DNA of 64,000 bases from Octopus sinensis (GCF_006345805.1 NC_042998.1:57722001-57786000), one strand, 5' to 3'; shown: positions 42,642 through 57,281, numbered from the stretch's first letter. The notes: generated by a model from the letters alone, not told the origin. Numbers and translations: made by a program.

Positions 42642-44084
42642 GCTGCTGATACTACTACTACTACCACTACTACTACTACTACCACCACAACCACCACCAC
42701 CACCACCACCACCACCACCACAACCACCACCACTACTACTACTATTACTATTACTAACACGACTACATCTACCACCTAATTCATCACCACTATTACTACT
42801 ACCACCACTACCACACTATTACTGCTGCTACTACTGGTGATGCTATTTCTACTTCCACCACTACAAGATTCTTCCAACGATTTCTTATAATGATAAAAGG
42901 CTTCAAATTTGCAGGAAGCAATATAGTTGATTAAATATACGACACTTTATCAACAGCATTAATATATGGAATCGTAAAGTAGAGAAATGCAACTAAATAT
43001 ATTAAGGCCTTTAACCTGCTGCTCCGGCGTTTCTCTCACTCCATCGGTTATTTAAGAAATTGGTTGTAACATTGGCATGGCACGGAGCCACAGATTTGGA
43101 AAGAGACTTTACTGTATTATTGACTCCTTCTCTCTCCAGAATGATGCAAGCTAAAAGTATATTTACATCTTAAATGTGTATTAGTACATATATTTATATA
43201 CAACTTAAATACATATTTAGGCAAATGCACCCGTCTCTTCAAAGGAAGTAGGGTTGGAACTTATAAAGTGATATAACGGAATGTGGTCAGATATTTTCTC
43301 CGGTAACTTCGTCAATAACGAAAAAATAATATTGATATGTAGCATTTGTTTAATACTTCAAAATTAGGATGGAAAGCTAAACATGTATCCTTTTGGTTGA
43401 CTTCTGCGACTGATGTGAAGAAATGAGTAAGTGAAGACTGGGCACCTATCCTGGAGTCTTGAAATAATTCCTCTAAATGAGCCAGAGGGTTACGTGATAA
43501 CATTAAATTTGCTGACGAGTCTTCTGTATCATCTAAGAACAACTTTTGTCGCCTGAGTTTCATTTACAAACCTAGGATGAAATTTTGTCAAAGGTGTTTT
43601 ACAATGAAATCGAATCTGAAATCTTGAAATTTCAAAACGAACAGGTACGAAGTATTTTACAGAAGTTATAGATATCCCCCAAGTAGACAATATTTTACTC
43701 TCTTGCAAACAGAAATAAGTCAGACGTAAAGGATGTATAAATTTCTGTTGATATCTGTGTATCCATTTCATTTGTGGCCGATTCAAATTTCGGAAATTTT
43801 CTCATTTTATATTTGCAACCAAGATATCCCTTATACTTGAGGAACTTTTTCTCATTACAGTTGAGTTGTTTAAAAATGCTTGGCTCTCGAACGTACATAT
43901 GGATGATTGTACATAACTATAAATTCTTCGGGTACAAAACAAAGGCGTCCCTTGAAATTTATGAATGTATATTAGAAATACGTCGTCGACTTGAAAACTG
44001 GTAATATAAGATATGTGTTTAACGAACAATACATAGGAATCATCTAGTGACAATCATCTTGAAGATTCCTCTCCATAGTGACAA

Positions 44085-44292
44085 TTGTAGTAAGGAAATG
44101 TATCAGATATAATTTTAAGGACTGGAATGAAAAGGTTCGCACTCTGATTGATATCTCGATCACTTCTGAGTGAAATATTGTCTTGCGTGCAATGGAGAAA
44201 CTGTCAAAAAGCAGGTGACATGAAATTGAAATGAGCAGAATATGAGGGGCATAAAAATCAAAACAATGCCAATAATATTTGGAGTGCTAATT
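44085..44292 (+). pseudogene. R4/Dong-type restriction-like endonuclease C-terminal remnant
   Basis: DWNEKVRTLIDISITSE*NIVLRAMEKLSKSR*HEIEMSRI*..IKIKTMPIIFGVL resembles LIDxxIPxDxN...EKLxKYxDLxIE...PIIIGALG. Confidence 0.65.
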
Positions 44293-44383
44293 GGTTCTCC
44301 GTTGCTACACGACGGGGATTCAATTGTTCGATCAACTGAATTACCTAATCCTGAATTAATCTCTAAATGGTTTTACCTTTGAA

Positions 44384-44728
44384 GGTGCATGGCTCAGTGG
44401 TTAGAGTGTTGGGCTCGCAATCAGGAGGTATTGAGTTCGTGTCCCGGACTGAGATTTGTGATTTGTGTTGTGTTCTTCAGCTAGACATTTCTTTTCACGT
44501 GGCTCCAGTTTACTCTGTTGTAGATATGAATTTTGACGTCACTGGTGCCAAGCTGTATCGGCCTTTGCCTTTCTTGTGGATAACATCGGTGGCATGGAGA
44601 GGAGAGGCTGGTATGCATGGGTGACTGCTGGTCTTCTAGAAACAACTTTTCCTAGATTTGTGTCTTGGAGGGGAACTTTCTAGGTGCATTGTATGGTCAT
44701 TCATAACCGAATGGGGTTGTTACCCTTT
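44384..44728 (+). mobile_element. SINE family D
   Basis: ggtgcatggctcagtggttagag...gttcgtgtcc head; body matches 28739-29060. Confidence 0.85.
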
Positions 44729-45003
44729 ATCTTTAACGAAATTCTCAGGTAGAATCCATGTCACACAGTGTGTATGAAACAAGGTCGTACATTTGCATCA
44801 CAGTTACTATGCATATTATGAGCTTCTATACAGCTTCCGTTCAACCTATAATAACTCAAAAGGTACGGAACGATTTGAAGCTGCAGAAAACATTTACACA
44901 AGATGCTACGCAGTCGGTTCAAACCCGAAAGCTCGTGGCTTCAAAGTGGGCATTTTAACCATCCGGCGATTGAGCGCCTACTTGGAGAACTAGGTGCTAT
45001 GTA

Positions 45004-45036
<33 letters not shown>

Positions 45037-45483
45037 AACATTAAGAAAATCTGTCAGAACACACTATATTGTTCAGAATCAAAAAGATGACACGACACAC
45101 TTCAAATCCTGCCCAATAATACAGTTTCACGTCTGATGCATCACTCAGTTTATTTATTCTTCTTATACAACACATTCTCTATACAATCACAAGCCACTAA
45201 ATTCTCAAATATTATAATCTAAGAAGCATCTCCAAGTAATAAAATGCAAACACATACTCTGCACAATCAGCACATAACAAAATAACACAACAAATACTCT
45301 TACATAATTGATATCCGGCATTTATAATATCAACAGCTCTTTATAAATCTGTGTACACAATTTCCATCCAATAACATAACATTGCCCGAGCATAGTCTCT
45401 ATACAATCACAGTTCGACACTTAAACACTCAGAACTACTCACACAATATATATGAAATCCAAATACCGAACTAACATGAAATA

Positions 45484-45892
45484 TCTCTTTTACTCTTTTA
45501 CTTGTTTCAGTCATTTGACTGCGGCCATGCTGGAGCACCGCCTTTAGTCGAGCAAATCGACCCCAGGACTTATTTTTTGTAAGCCTAGTACTTATTCTAT
45601 CAGTCTCTTTTGCCGAACCGCTAAGTTACGGGGACGTAAACACACCAGCATCGGTTGTCAAGCAATATTGGGGGGGGAACATAGATACACAAACACACTC
45701 ACACACACATATATATATACACATATATACGAAGGGCTTCTTTCAGTTTCCGTCTACCAAATCCACTCACAAGGCTTTGGTCGGCCCGAGGCTATAGTAG
45801 GAGACACTTGCCCAAGGTGCCACGCTGTGGGACTGAACACGGAACCATGTGCCTGGTAAGCAAGCTACTTACCACGCAGCCACTCCTACGCC
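45484..45892 (-). mobile_element. SINE family A, full length
   Basis: High similarity to 14081-14488. Confidence 0.9.
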
Positions 45893-46345
45893 TATATATT
45901 CATTCTTTCAGCAAAACAGAGAGAGAGAAAAAAACCCAGAAATACTACACTAATACAACTCTAGAAGCTACAAACCAAACTTCTGCTCCACAATTTTATA
46001 CCCTTAAAACACATTGCTGTACACTTATACATCAGGAACACTGACGTGCATCATGGTTATGCAGTAGAAACTCGCAGAAAACTGTTAAAAAACATGGTGA
46101 TGATGATGATGATGATTCAAACGGTGATGATAATGAATAAAAATAATGATGATGATGATGATTAATATTGATGATGGTGATGATGGTGATGATAATGATT
46201 AAAGATGATGATGATAATGATGATGATGATAATGATGATGATGATGATGATTAAAATGATGGTGATGATAATGATTAAAAAAATAATGATGATGATTAAT
46301 ATTGGTGGTGGTGATAATCGTGAATATATGATTAAAGATAATGAA

Positions 46346-46387
<42 letters not shown>

Positions 46388-47464
46388 AGTAGTGTTCGTT
46401 TCTACTGCTTCTGTTCTATAATTTTTGCCTCACATACGGACATGGTTGCAACCACGAATATCTGACTGGTACGTATGTTGCTACTTGATCCCAGAATGAA
46501 GCAGGGTGTAGGTGAAAATCGAAAGTTATGTAGTTCAACGCTAATTGACGTTGTTGATTATGACGCCAACTTCGACGGCAACGACCACGTCGACAGAGTT
46601 GATGTTGTTAACCTAGAGTACTTCACAGTTCGGTTTACAAAGTATTTCGTTTGTGCTCATCGAACCATGCACCAGCTGCTCCGACACTGCTGGCTTCCCC
46701 TTTTAGCACCACCTTATCTATATAACTACGAATCTTCTATTTACAACATTGAGAGTTACAGGTATTATATTAATCAAAGAGGCCACCCTTACTAGCTTTA
46801 CACAGTTACGTGTGCTTCAAAAATACAACTGCAGCTATTCTTATTTATTACGTTTTAACTATTATCGCTTTCTATAACTCTCCCTTACTTTTACTTGTAG
46901 CTTTAATTTTCTGTTAACATATCTATCTCTATGTTTCTATCTACATACAAAAAGTGCACTCTAAAATACTCGTGCCAACGAGGGAGTCTATGTGGTTACC
47001 TGTCATGTAGAAAATAGCAGTCAAGTCCCTCAACTCGCATACTACTGTCTTACGAAACAAAAGGATATATCGTATATTGTAGTCCTAGATGCACTATTTT
47101 GTATCTGACAGGAAAACAGAGACCGGTAGCAACTGGAACACCTTTGTATGCTCGTTGAAAGTTGAACTGGTGTTGATAAATTATAAGTCAAGTAAGTAGT
47201 TTGCAGAGCCGAATCAGCAATCCAGGTACGGTTCTTCCTCATATGTATTTCTTGGCTGTTTTTATTTCGCAGATGCCCTTGGGAAAGTTAGAGTACAACT
47301 GCCATCATAATCCTCCTCTTACTTTTCTCTTCTCTCACCTTGATAGGCAATAGATAACTGATCCTCAACGAATAAGGATCTAAATCTGTTGTACTGATGC
47401 GTTAAATAAATATTTTGTTGCTTTCCCACCTATCTCTAGTTTTTTTTTTTTTTTGAGGTTGTGC

Positions 47465-47845
47465 GGACTATGTGTCTGTAGTAGTAGAAGCATAACACAA
47501 TACCAGACTTGTTGATATGTATTTGTGGTAGTATGTAGTATAGGCACTTTACTAGACTTGTTGACTTGCACTTGTCTGTGGTTATTAGAGACGCAACAGA
47601 ACATCAGTGTTGTTGTGGTATGTGCGTCTGTGGTAAACGAGGCCCTGCACTACATTAGATTTGTGCGTGGTGGTTTGAGATTGTTGATGTGTGTCTGTGG
47701 TAGTAGAGGCACTAAACAACACTAGAATCGTTGAAGTGTGTATGATAGAGTTAATAAGGACATATAGTTAAGTTGAAATATATGTGTCAGTGGTAGTAGA
47801 AATATAACAACTAATTTAATGAGATGAGTGTGAGAGAGATAAACA

Positions 47846-47900
<55 letters not shown>

Positions 47901-48205
47901 AGACATAATGCCGTGTTTATGTCAGTGAAAGAAAAGACAACAGAAGCTTGGTTGAGGTATAAGTGACTGTGGTAGAGGAGACACAACCCTAAACTTGAAG
48001 TGTTATATCGATACCAGTAGAGACAGCACTACACAATATATATTTCTGCTTGTATATAAGGATACATCACTAGATTTGTCGTTGTATCCGTGTTAGTATT
48101 GTAGTGTATATATCATTGGTAGTAGAAGTACAACACTAGAATAGTTGTGGTGTATGAGCTAGTGGTAGCGGAGAGATTATAGAACACTAGAGACGTTGAA
48201 GTGTT
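47465..48205. repeat. Degenerate minisatellite, unit ~40-55 bp
   Basis: Recurring tgtgtctgtggtagtagaggcac...cactagacttgttga variants, interrupted by (GA)n at ~47825-47897. Confidence 0.65.
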
Positions 48206-50122
48206 GGAAGTGAAGGGGTGGGAAGAACATAGAAATATACACAACAACTTTCATCATGTACGTGAGATGTATTTATATTTGGTCCATGTATAAATACATC
48301 TGTTGACTTGTCTCTTTCTTTGAAACCGTCGTTTATAGTAAACTTTATTTACACCTATATATATACATACGTGTTTGTATGTGTGTATATTATGTGTGCG
48401 CGCGTATTTGTTTTGGTAGTGCAAATAGGAATTAGCGTACGCAACGCAATAATAGAGTTTATTTAGTCATTCGACGCTGGTGATCAGTTCGAAGATAAGG
48501 TCGAGAAGGTCTTGAAATATTGATGGACTCCGGAATATTATTGCTCCAAATAAAACATAGCAGATTAATAAAGGAGTATGCAGATATCTTTAATGAAAAT
48601 GATTAAACTCGAACGCAACCCTGCATTCTATATGGCTCACACTTTCACACATATCCACACGCACAGACACACACATCCATATTTATCTGTGCTGATGTCG
48701 CTCCTCTCTCACGCTCGTTTTCTTTCTTTCTCTCTCTCTCTCTTTCTGTCTTTCTCTTTCTTTTGCATGTCTCTCCACCTCTTTCACTTAACAGCCGCAA
48801 TGTCTTTCCTTACAGAACTGCCTCCCACTTCATCATACCATATCTTTCTTCCTCAGTCACGTATTCTGTCTTTCGCTTGAACGTTCCTTTATTCCGTCAT
48901 TCAGTCATTCATTCATTCATTCATTCATTCATTCATTCATCCATCCATTCTTTCATTTATTCATTCATTCGTGTATTCATCTAGTTATTCTCTCGAATTT
49001 CTTAGGATCCTTTTTCACTTTCTAAGCGTTTATCATTTCCTTATTATATCTATCAATAATACTTTCCTAATTCATTCTCTAATACTTATCTTCTACAAAC
49101 TTCTTTTTCATAGCATCTTTCAATTTGTTTTCCCTTCTCTTTTCTTACATTCTCTCTTCCTTTCGATTTCTCTCTCTCTCTCTCTGTCGCTTCCCTTATA
49201 CATTTTATTTTAAGCTGAAATTACATAGGTAACCACTCAAAGTTTCAAACAATTAAGTAAATGAAACTACCTTGCTTATATAATTAGGATAAACGCTAAC
49301 AGTCCCTGAATATGTACGTTAACAATGCAAAACGTGAAATGCAGACTCGCAGTCAATGTAAATTTCGCTGAAAATAACATTCATAACGGATTATATGTCT
49401 GGTTTCTTTACTATTATACCTCTCCTTCATACACCCCACCACACACACACAAATACACATGCACACACAAGCTCACACACATACGCACGCACACAGAAAC
49501 ACACACACATGTATACACACACACGTACACACACACACACGTACACATACACACGTACACACACACACACAACACGCATACACACTCATACATACATACA
49601 CACACACTGACGCGCGCGCGTACACTCACGCACGCACACACACGCACACACACGCACACACACTGACACACATACACTCACATACACATACACATACATA
49701 CATACATACATACATACATAAAGACATGCGCGCGCACACACACACACTCACACACAAACACACATACACACACACATGCACGAACACACATAGTCATAGG
49801 TGAAACAATGGATTTTGTCGGATTATTGATTATGGATTAAATGTATTTATTCATACTACACTCAAAGTTATCTTTGAGTATTTATTTAAGTGACCGGACA
49901 TAGCTTCTTGAGCTTCACATCCCTGGAATATTTGTATGTATGTATGTATGTATGTATGTATGCATGTATGTATGTATGTATGCATGTATGTATGTATGTA
50001 TGTATGTATGTATGTATGTATGCATGCATGCATGTATGTATGTATGTATGTATGTATGTATGTATGTATGTATGCATGCATGTATGTATGTATGTATGTA
50101 TGTATGTATGTATGTATGTATG

Positions 50123-50205
<83 letters not shown>

Positions 50206-50955
50206 GTGATCTTACGGATTGAAGAGTGTTGAATTGTAACTCCGAGTTTCATCTTGCCAATCGTTCAAAGTGTTGAATTAGGGAGGCAGCGTAACAATAT
50301 ATAAGAAACCACTTTCGTACACCCTTTGAAATAGGAATAGTCATCGATGCTTTGTGTGTTTGCTGAAAAACTGCAGTCTTTCAATTTTCATACGCAGAAC
50401 ACGTGAAATATTTATGCATGTGCAAAATTCGTGATATTTTCATGTGTAAAATATACGAAAACTTGGAAGGTGACTTATGGTAACAGAGCTTTTGTGTGGA
50501 TCGATGATTTAATATTATACTTATCATATGATCTTTTTTCTACTAATGCCAAATTTACTACATGGGAAATAAACCATTTTAGCTAATTGGTAGTTGGAAA
50601 TTATCTAATATCGATGGAAATGTCTGTAAGTTTTGATCTTTCCTTCAAAACAGCAAACAGCTGTATAAGATCGTTACATTTCTTCGAGAGACAAAGGAAG
50701 GGCGTGTTCGAGAATGGACGAAACAATTTGATAAGTAGTAATATTTATGATCCATTAAAGTTCAAATATATTTGGATAATGATGGTGGAAGTCGTTTCAG
50801 GATGGTGGAATGCTGGGAAAATCTTATTTAAAGAGATTTTTAGTGAGCACAATCTTGCTTTTCTTTTATTGTTTATACAAAAAATATAAAATGAAATACC
50901 TTAACTTTATAAACTATTACGTAAAAAATAATTATACCGTTCAGAGATCATATAT

Positions 50956-51167
50956 TACGAGAGGGTTCTGAAAAGTTCCTGGCTTTGGGTAAAAGAAATT
51001 ACAGAAGGATCAGTTAATTATGATTTTACTCAACATATTCCCCTCTTAGATTCACACACTTGTTGTAGCAGTCCTTCAATGTTTCTAAGCCCTGTAAAAG
51101 AACTTGGAAGGATAGGCCCTGAACCAGTCCTTTAGTGATACCAGGAACTTTTCATCACACCCTCATA
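50956..51167 (-). mobile_element. mariner-derived MITE
   Basis: TIRs TA-cgagagggttctgaaaagttcctgg / ccaggaacttttcatcacaccctca-TA; minus strand keeps GLETLKDCYNKCVNLRGEYVE*. Confidence 0.85.
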
Positions 51168-52338
51168 GGGTGGCTGCGGTCGTAAAAAGGAGGCCTGATT
51201 TGTGTGGGATGTTTTCTTCTGTCTATAATGATTATATAATGCTACTGTACTTTACAATAACACTTTCTTTGTTAGTTAAAATCGTATGATTTGTCCTGCA
51301 GGGAAAATACTTATTTTCAAAGTTTAGAAAAATACAATATTGGATCGATGATTACTAAATCAGCATGAAGGGATATTTCTTACATTTCCCATTTTTTACA
51401 TTTAAGAATATTAGTGTTTGTTCCGTCTGTAACGTTTCCTACCTTTGAGGATGCATCATTGCTCCACGAATTTCACGGCTAAAAGTTTCTGCATCAGGGA
51501 ACATTCAGATTATGCACTTATAACTAAGTTTTAAAAAATTATTTAAGAATTATATGTATGGTCTTTCAAAGAAATGTATAATCCACATAGCGCTAAATGT
51601 TCTTTTCTGCGGTTTATTTTTAAGCCGCTTGCTATGGTTATTCCCCCCCACTTTAAATTAACAGTACCATACGTTTTGGAGCTGGTTTTCTTATAGGTAT
51701 TGGGAATATTGATGGAAAAAGTGTCTACAGAATGAGTGGTTATCAGGTATCAGTTTCGTATACATTTTTCCTTTGTTCTGAAGAGGTATAGATAACTTTG
51801 GAGTTAGAAATTTTGTTAACCAGAAATAGTTTTGTCCGTATCGAAATACGATTATCGGTGAGGTATGATTCGTTGCCAAAAATACGCTAGAAAATGGGTC
51901 ACATATGCAGTATTCAATTGTCATGTGCAAAACATGTGATATGCTCAACGACGCACATTTAAAATCTACTCATCGTGTCATTAGTTTAGAAGCACATGAA
52001 ATAACTACCAGTCAAAAAATATATGATAGAATATAATTTAACGTTATGTAAACTGCGCATTAATATCAATGATCATGAAGATAAACTTTAAAAAAAGAAA
52101 GCCTTTTGGATTTTATTGAACGTAGAGCAATAGGTACAGATCTGTATGATGATCAACCGTTTGCCATTTAAAATCATTTGAACAAAAAGTTTGGTTTTCG
52201 CTGATAAAAAGATATTACAATTGAGCGGATGTTAAATATAGGCTACCTATTGTGCAGAAATATAGAAATATCAGATTAATTGTTAGCCACTGATTATGAA
52301 GTTTGGTATATTTTTATAGCTTCCGAGTCTTTGAGCTA

Positions 52339-52587
52339 TTACTCTTTTACTTTTTTTACTTGTATCAGTCATTTTGACTGTGGCCATGCTAGAGCACCGC
52401 CTTTAGTCGAGAAAATCGACCCCAGGACTTATTCTTCGTAAGCCTAGTACTTATTCTATCGGTCTTTTTTGCCGAACCGCTAGTTACGGGGACGTAAACA
52501 CCCCAGCATTGGCTGTCAAGCGCTGTTGGAGGGGACAAACACAGACACACAAACACACACACACAATCACACACACACACACACACA

Positions 52588-52618
<31 letters not shown>

Positions 52619-52792
52619 CACAACATACACATATATATACGACGGGCTTTCAGTTTCTATCTACCAAATCTACTCACAAGGCTTTGGTTGGCCCGAGGCT
52701 ATAGTAGAAGACACTTGCCCAAGGTGCCACGCTGTGGGACTGAACCCGGAACTATGTGGTTGGTAAGCAAGCTACTTACCACACAGCCACTC
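52339..52792 (-). mobile_element. SINE family A
   Basis: Match to family A; its head is duplicated at ~54060-54231. Confidence 0.9.
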
Positions 52793-52895
52793 ATATAAGT
52801 GCTATGTATGTATCGATAAATAAATAGATATACATGTATGTGCATATGTATATGTGTGAGTGGGCATCTATCTATCTATCTAATTATATATCTAC

Positions 52896-52969
<74 letters not shown>

Positions 52970-52975
<6 letters not shown>

Positions 52976-53476
52976 CAAAGATGAGACAAGAACGCAAAAC
53001 ATCCAGACTGTTAGGTGATACAAAAAAGGGACAAAAAACATCCAGACAGACGATACAAAGAAAGTCGAGTTCTAGATTATCTTTGTAATTTCGGCTAGCT
53101 ATACTCGAGATCGCTCCAATCTGGCCAGTCCCAAGGAAAAAAAAGCTAATCTAAAATCATTAGATTCCTTGAACGAAAGCAGCGAATGTATACGAAACAA
53201 TGACAAAAAAAAAACCGGAGAAATGTTACACAAATACAAGTGAAATTGATAGGACATAACAACAGGTGTCTTTCGACTAAGGACTAATTTAAATTAGACT
53301 GGCGTGTGTGGAAGTAAAGCCTTACGGCAGGGACATAAGATTTTACAGGCAGAGGGAGGAATATAGATGTTGCACGGATGGTAGTCGAACCAAGAAAGAA
53401 AGGTCAGGCTTGTTCGAACACCGGTCACGTGGGAAGAGAAGGGAGAAAGGTAGTTCTAGTCACATTTTTGTATTTT
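52970..53476. mobile_element. ~500-bp element with ~20-bp imperfect TIRs inserted in (TA)n (copy 1)
   Basis: aaaatacaaagatgagac ... gtcacatttttgtatttt, with (TA)n on both sides. Confidence 0.65.
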
Positions 53477-54000
53477 ATATATATATATATACGAACTGAT
53501 ATGTGCTTTTTCAAGTATGTCTATTATTTTCTATTCATCTCACTCTGGATAGACGTACATTTTCAGCTTCTCCCGGATGAAAAGTTGATGAGTTATTTTT
53601 TGTTGTTTGTGTAAGACTAAATTTGTCATCTACATATAAAGCGTTCAATTGCTTTCCATTGCTTATTGTGTTTGCTTCATATATAATCCTTGTATTCCCA
53701 AATATCATTTATTATATACAACGATATCAACACACTCTGCTCCTTATTCCAATTAAACAATTGCAACCTAGGCAACAAAATATCAGCCAATATCCCAACA
53801 AGGAGATAAGCGTCTTCTTTCTGTCAGAATATATACTCGATTCTTCCTTTCTGTCTGAATTCAAGGTGAACTTCTGACAGTGAGCTAATTAATTCTTAAT
53901 CATACAGCACTTCAAATGTAAAATGTTTTGTTTACACAAGTTGAGTAGCGCTCTGTATAGTGCATACACACACACACAAACACAGGCGCACACACATATG

Positions 54001-54057
<57 letters not shown>

Positions 54058-54333
54058 ACAACATACACATATATATACGACGGGCTTTCAGTTTCTATCT
54101 ACCAAATCTACTCACAAGGCTTTGGTTGGCCCGAGGCTATAGTAGAAGACACTTGCCCAAGGTGCCACGCTGTGGGACTGAACCCGGAACTATGTGGTTG
54201 GTAAGCAAGCTACTTACCACACAGCCACTCATATAAGTGCTATGTATGTATCGATAAATAAATAGATATACATGTATGTGCATATGTATATGTGTGAGTG
54301 GGCATCTATCTATCTATCTAATTATATATCTAC

Positions 54334-54403
<70 letters not shown>

Positions 54404-54410
54404 TATATAT

Positions 54411-54916
54411 AAAATACAAAGATGAGACAAGAACGCAAAACATCCAGACTGTTAGGTGATACAAAAAAGGGACAAAAAACATCCAGACAGACGATACAAA
54501 GAAAGTCGAGTTCTAGATTATCTTTGTAATTTCGGCTAGCTATACTCGAGATCGCTCCAATCTGGCCAGTCCCAAGGAAAAAAAGCTAATCTAAAATCAT
54601 TAGATTCCTTGAACGAAAGCAGCGAATGTATACGAAACAATGACAAAAAAAAAACCGGAGAAATGTTACACAAATACAAGTGAAATTGATAGGACATAAC
54701 AACAGGTGTCTTTCGACTAAGGACTAATTTAAATTAGACTGGCGTGTGTGGAAGTAAAGCCTTACGGCAGGGACATAAGATTTTACAGGCAGAGGGAGGA
54801 ATATAGATGTTGCACGGATGGTAGTCGAACCAAGAAAGAAAGGTCAGGCTTGTTCGAACACCGGTCACGTGGGAAGAGAAGGGAGAAAGGTAGTTCTAGT
54901 CACATTTTTGTATTTT
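54411..54916. mobile_element. Same TIR element (copy 2, within the duplication)
   Basis: Near-identical to 52970-53476. Confidence 0.65.
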
Positions 54917-55949
54917 ATATATATATATATACGAACTGATATGTGCTTTTTCAAGTATGTCTATTATTTTCTATTCATCTCACTCTGGATAGACGTACAT
55001 TTTCAGCTTCTCCCGGATGAAAAGTTGATGAGTTATTTTTTGTTGTTTGTGTAAGACTAAATTTGTCATCTACATATAAAGCGTTCAATTGCTTTCCATT
55101 GCTTATTGTGTTTGCTTCATATATAATCCTTGTATTCCCAAATATCATTTATTATATACAACGATATCAACACACTCTGCTCCTTATTCCAATTAAACAA
55201 TTGCAACCTAGGCAACAAAATATCAGCCAATATCCCAACAAGGAGATAAGCGTCTTCTTTCTGTCAGAATATATACTCGATTCTTCCTTTCTGTCTGAAT
55301 TCAAGGTGAACTTCTGACAGTGAGCTAATTAATTCTTAATCATACAGCACTTCAAATGTAAAATGTTTTGTTTACACAAGTTGAGTAGCGCTCTGTATAG
55401 TGCATACACACACACAAACACAGGCGCACACACATATGCACACATACACACACACACACATGCACACACACACATACATATTGATGATGAAGATGTTGCA
55501 CGTAATCACACTCGTGATAATAATTTATAAATATTGATCTAACCTGGTATTTTTGATATCATATTGTTACACACAAAAACACACAAACACACATAAACAC
55601 ACACACGCACGCGCACTCAAAAACACACGCACGCACACAAAATACACATACACACACATAAACACTTAGACAAACACACACACGCGCTCACAAAAAAAAA
55701 CACACATGTATATATTAGCCACAGGGTTGTTTCTTTTTATTGTTTTTATGAAGGATTTCTTAGATTTTTTAAATACATTCCTTATGGATTATTTGGAATG
55801 GTAAAAGTCTCCAAGTCTTCATCAATGTTTCTGAACCTTCCAGTACACATGTTCTGGATGAAATATTAATAGCGTAAGTGGCTGCATCCACCAGGCTGGA
55901 CGAATGAGATTTTCATTTTCTTTTCGGTTCAAGATTAACACAACGCCAT

Positions 55950-56700
55950 ATTCACAGAATCAAGTGTTTATATTTGTTTGTGACTAATGTATGCTATCTG
56001 TATTTATTTAGTAATGTGGTTGTGCTGTGTGCATTGATTCCATCATTAATCATTTATTTTTATAGGAAATTCTGTGCTGCGATACATATGCGTTCTTCAT
56101 TCGAGTTTTCCAATCTATTATAGCATTGTGTTGTGGTACAGTGCCTTGCAAAGAATGCTTATTTATTTTATACTTTGCAAGTACATAATGAGTGATCAGA
56201 GAAGCGTCATACTTTTATAGTTCGTACAACAGTTGCAGTCGGGAAATGTATAATTTTCGTGTCTGCAATCGAATTTTTAAATCACATTAGTCGTTCGTTG
56301 CTTGTTTCCTTGACTTCCATGCTTGTGACTACCTATTGATAGGAAGATTTTATAATTTTCATGTTGCAGTATATTATTAGTGAGAATTTATACTTTGCTA
56401 TTATGCTATTTTGTCTCCTGTTTTATGTGGGTTTTGATTATATTTTCATCTATTCACTAATTAGTATGCATTCGATTCACGTGATGCAGTTTGTGTGTAA
56501 TTGAATGTATTGATAGGTGCTGTGTTGTAGAGGTGATATATTTATTTTGTTGTGTTCATGCGTATATTCTGTCTTAGTTTATTAGTTTATCATCCTCGAT
56601 GGTGTTTAACGTTTGTTTAATTCTGTTGATTTCTTTATTTATTCCATTATCGGTGGAGAGGAATTTAAATACTCTTTGAATTAGGAAATTCATCATCATC
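55950..56700 (-). pseudogene. Old PLE remnant: RT thumb region to GIY-YIG domain
   Basis: MMNFLIQRVFKFLSTDNGINKEINRIKQTL ... TNVI*KFDCRHEN...NYKSMTLL*SLIMYLQ resembles NVIYxFxC...YIGMTxxxLSxxLTMHLQ. Confidence 0.6.
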
Positions 56701-56789
56701 ACGGCGCTCGTTGCACATACACCATACTCTAGCTTCATGCAGAAATAAACATGACATAGACAAACATTAAAATTTAAGTGGTAATGTCT

Positions 56790-56998
56790 ACACAAATTGC
56801 AGTGATTCCGCCTTCCAAAAGAAGCGGAAATACATGCTAACATCACTCCAACCAGAAGATCAGACTATCAAGGATGAAAACATTGATAATGGTTTCGAGA
56901 ACTTTATTGTTCAACAAAAGCTACGAGGAAATCACAAATGCTGCAAGGAAATCATAAAAACAAAACCAGAAAACAATCATATTTTCTGTAAGGCTGAT
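56790..56998 (+). pseudogene. Possible PLE N-terminal fragment ending at the (K)ADKG motif
   Basis: ...[14 protein letters not shown] is cut off by (TA)n; weak motif-only evidence. Confidence 0.4.
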
Positions 56999-57006
56999 AT
57001 ATATAT

Positions 57007-57052
<46 letters not shown>

Positions 57053-57214
57053 ATATACATATATATAAATAAGCATGTGCGTATTTATATTCATAAGCAT
57101 ATATATGTATTGTATATATATATATATATATAATATATATATACATACATACATACATATATATATATATATGTATATATATATACATACATACATACAT
57201 ACATACATAAATAC

Positions 57215-57281
<67 letters not shown>

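Larger units (their letters stand above)
52617..55460. repeat. ~1440-bp near-identical tandem duplication
   Basis: Identical ORF pairs offset by 1440 bp (53308/54748, 53378/54818, 53623/55063); junctions fall in (CA)n. Confidence 0.95.

Noticed and set aside
43300-44050. Non-repetitive AT-rich stretch with several short ORFs
   Set aside because: No recognisable motif by eye; possibly an old transposon, but it needs BLASTX.
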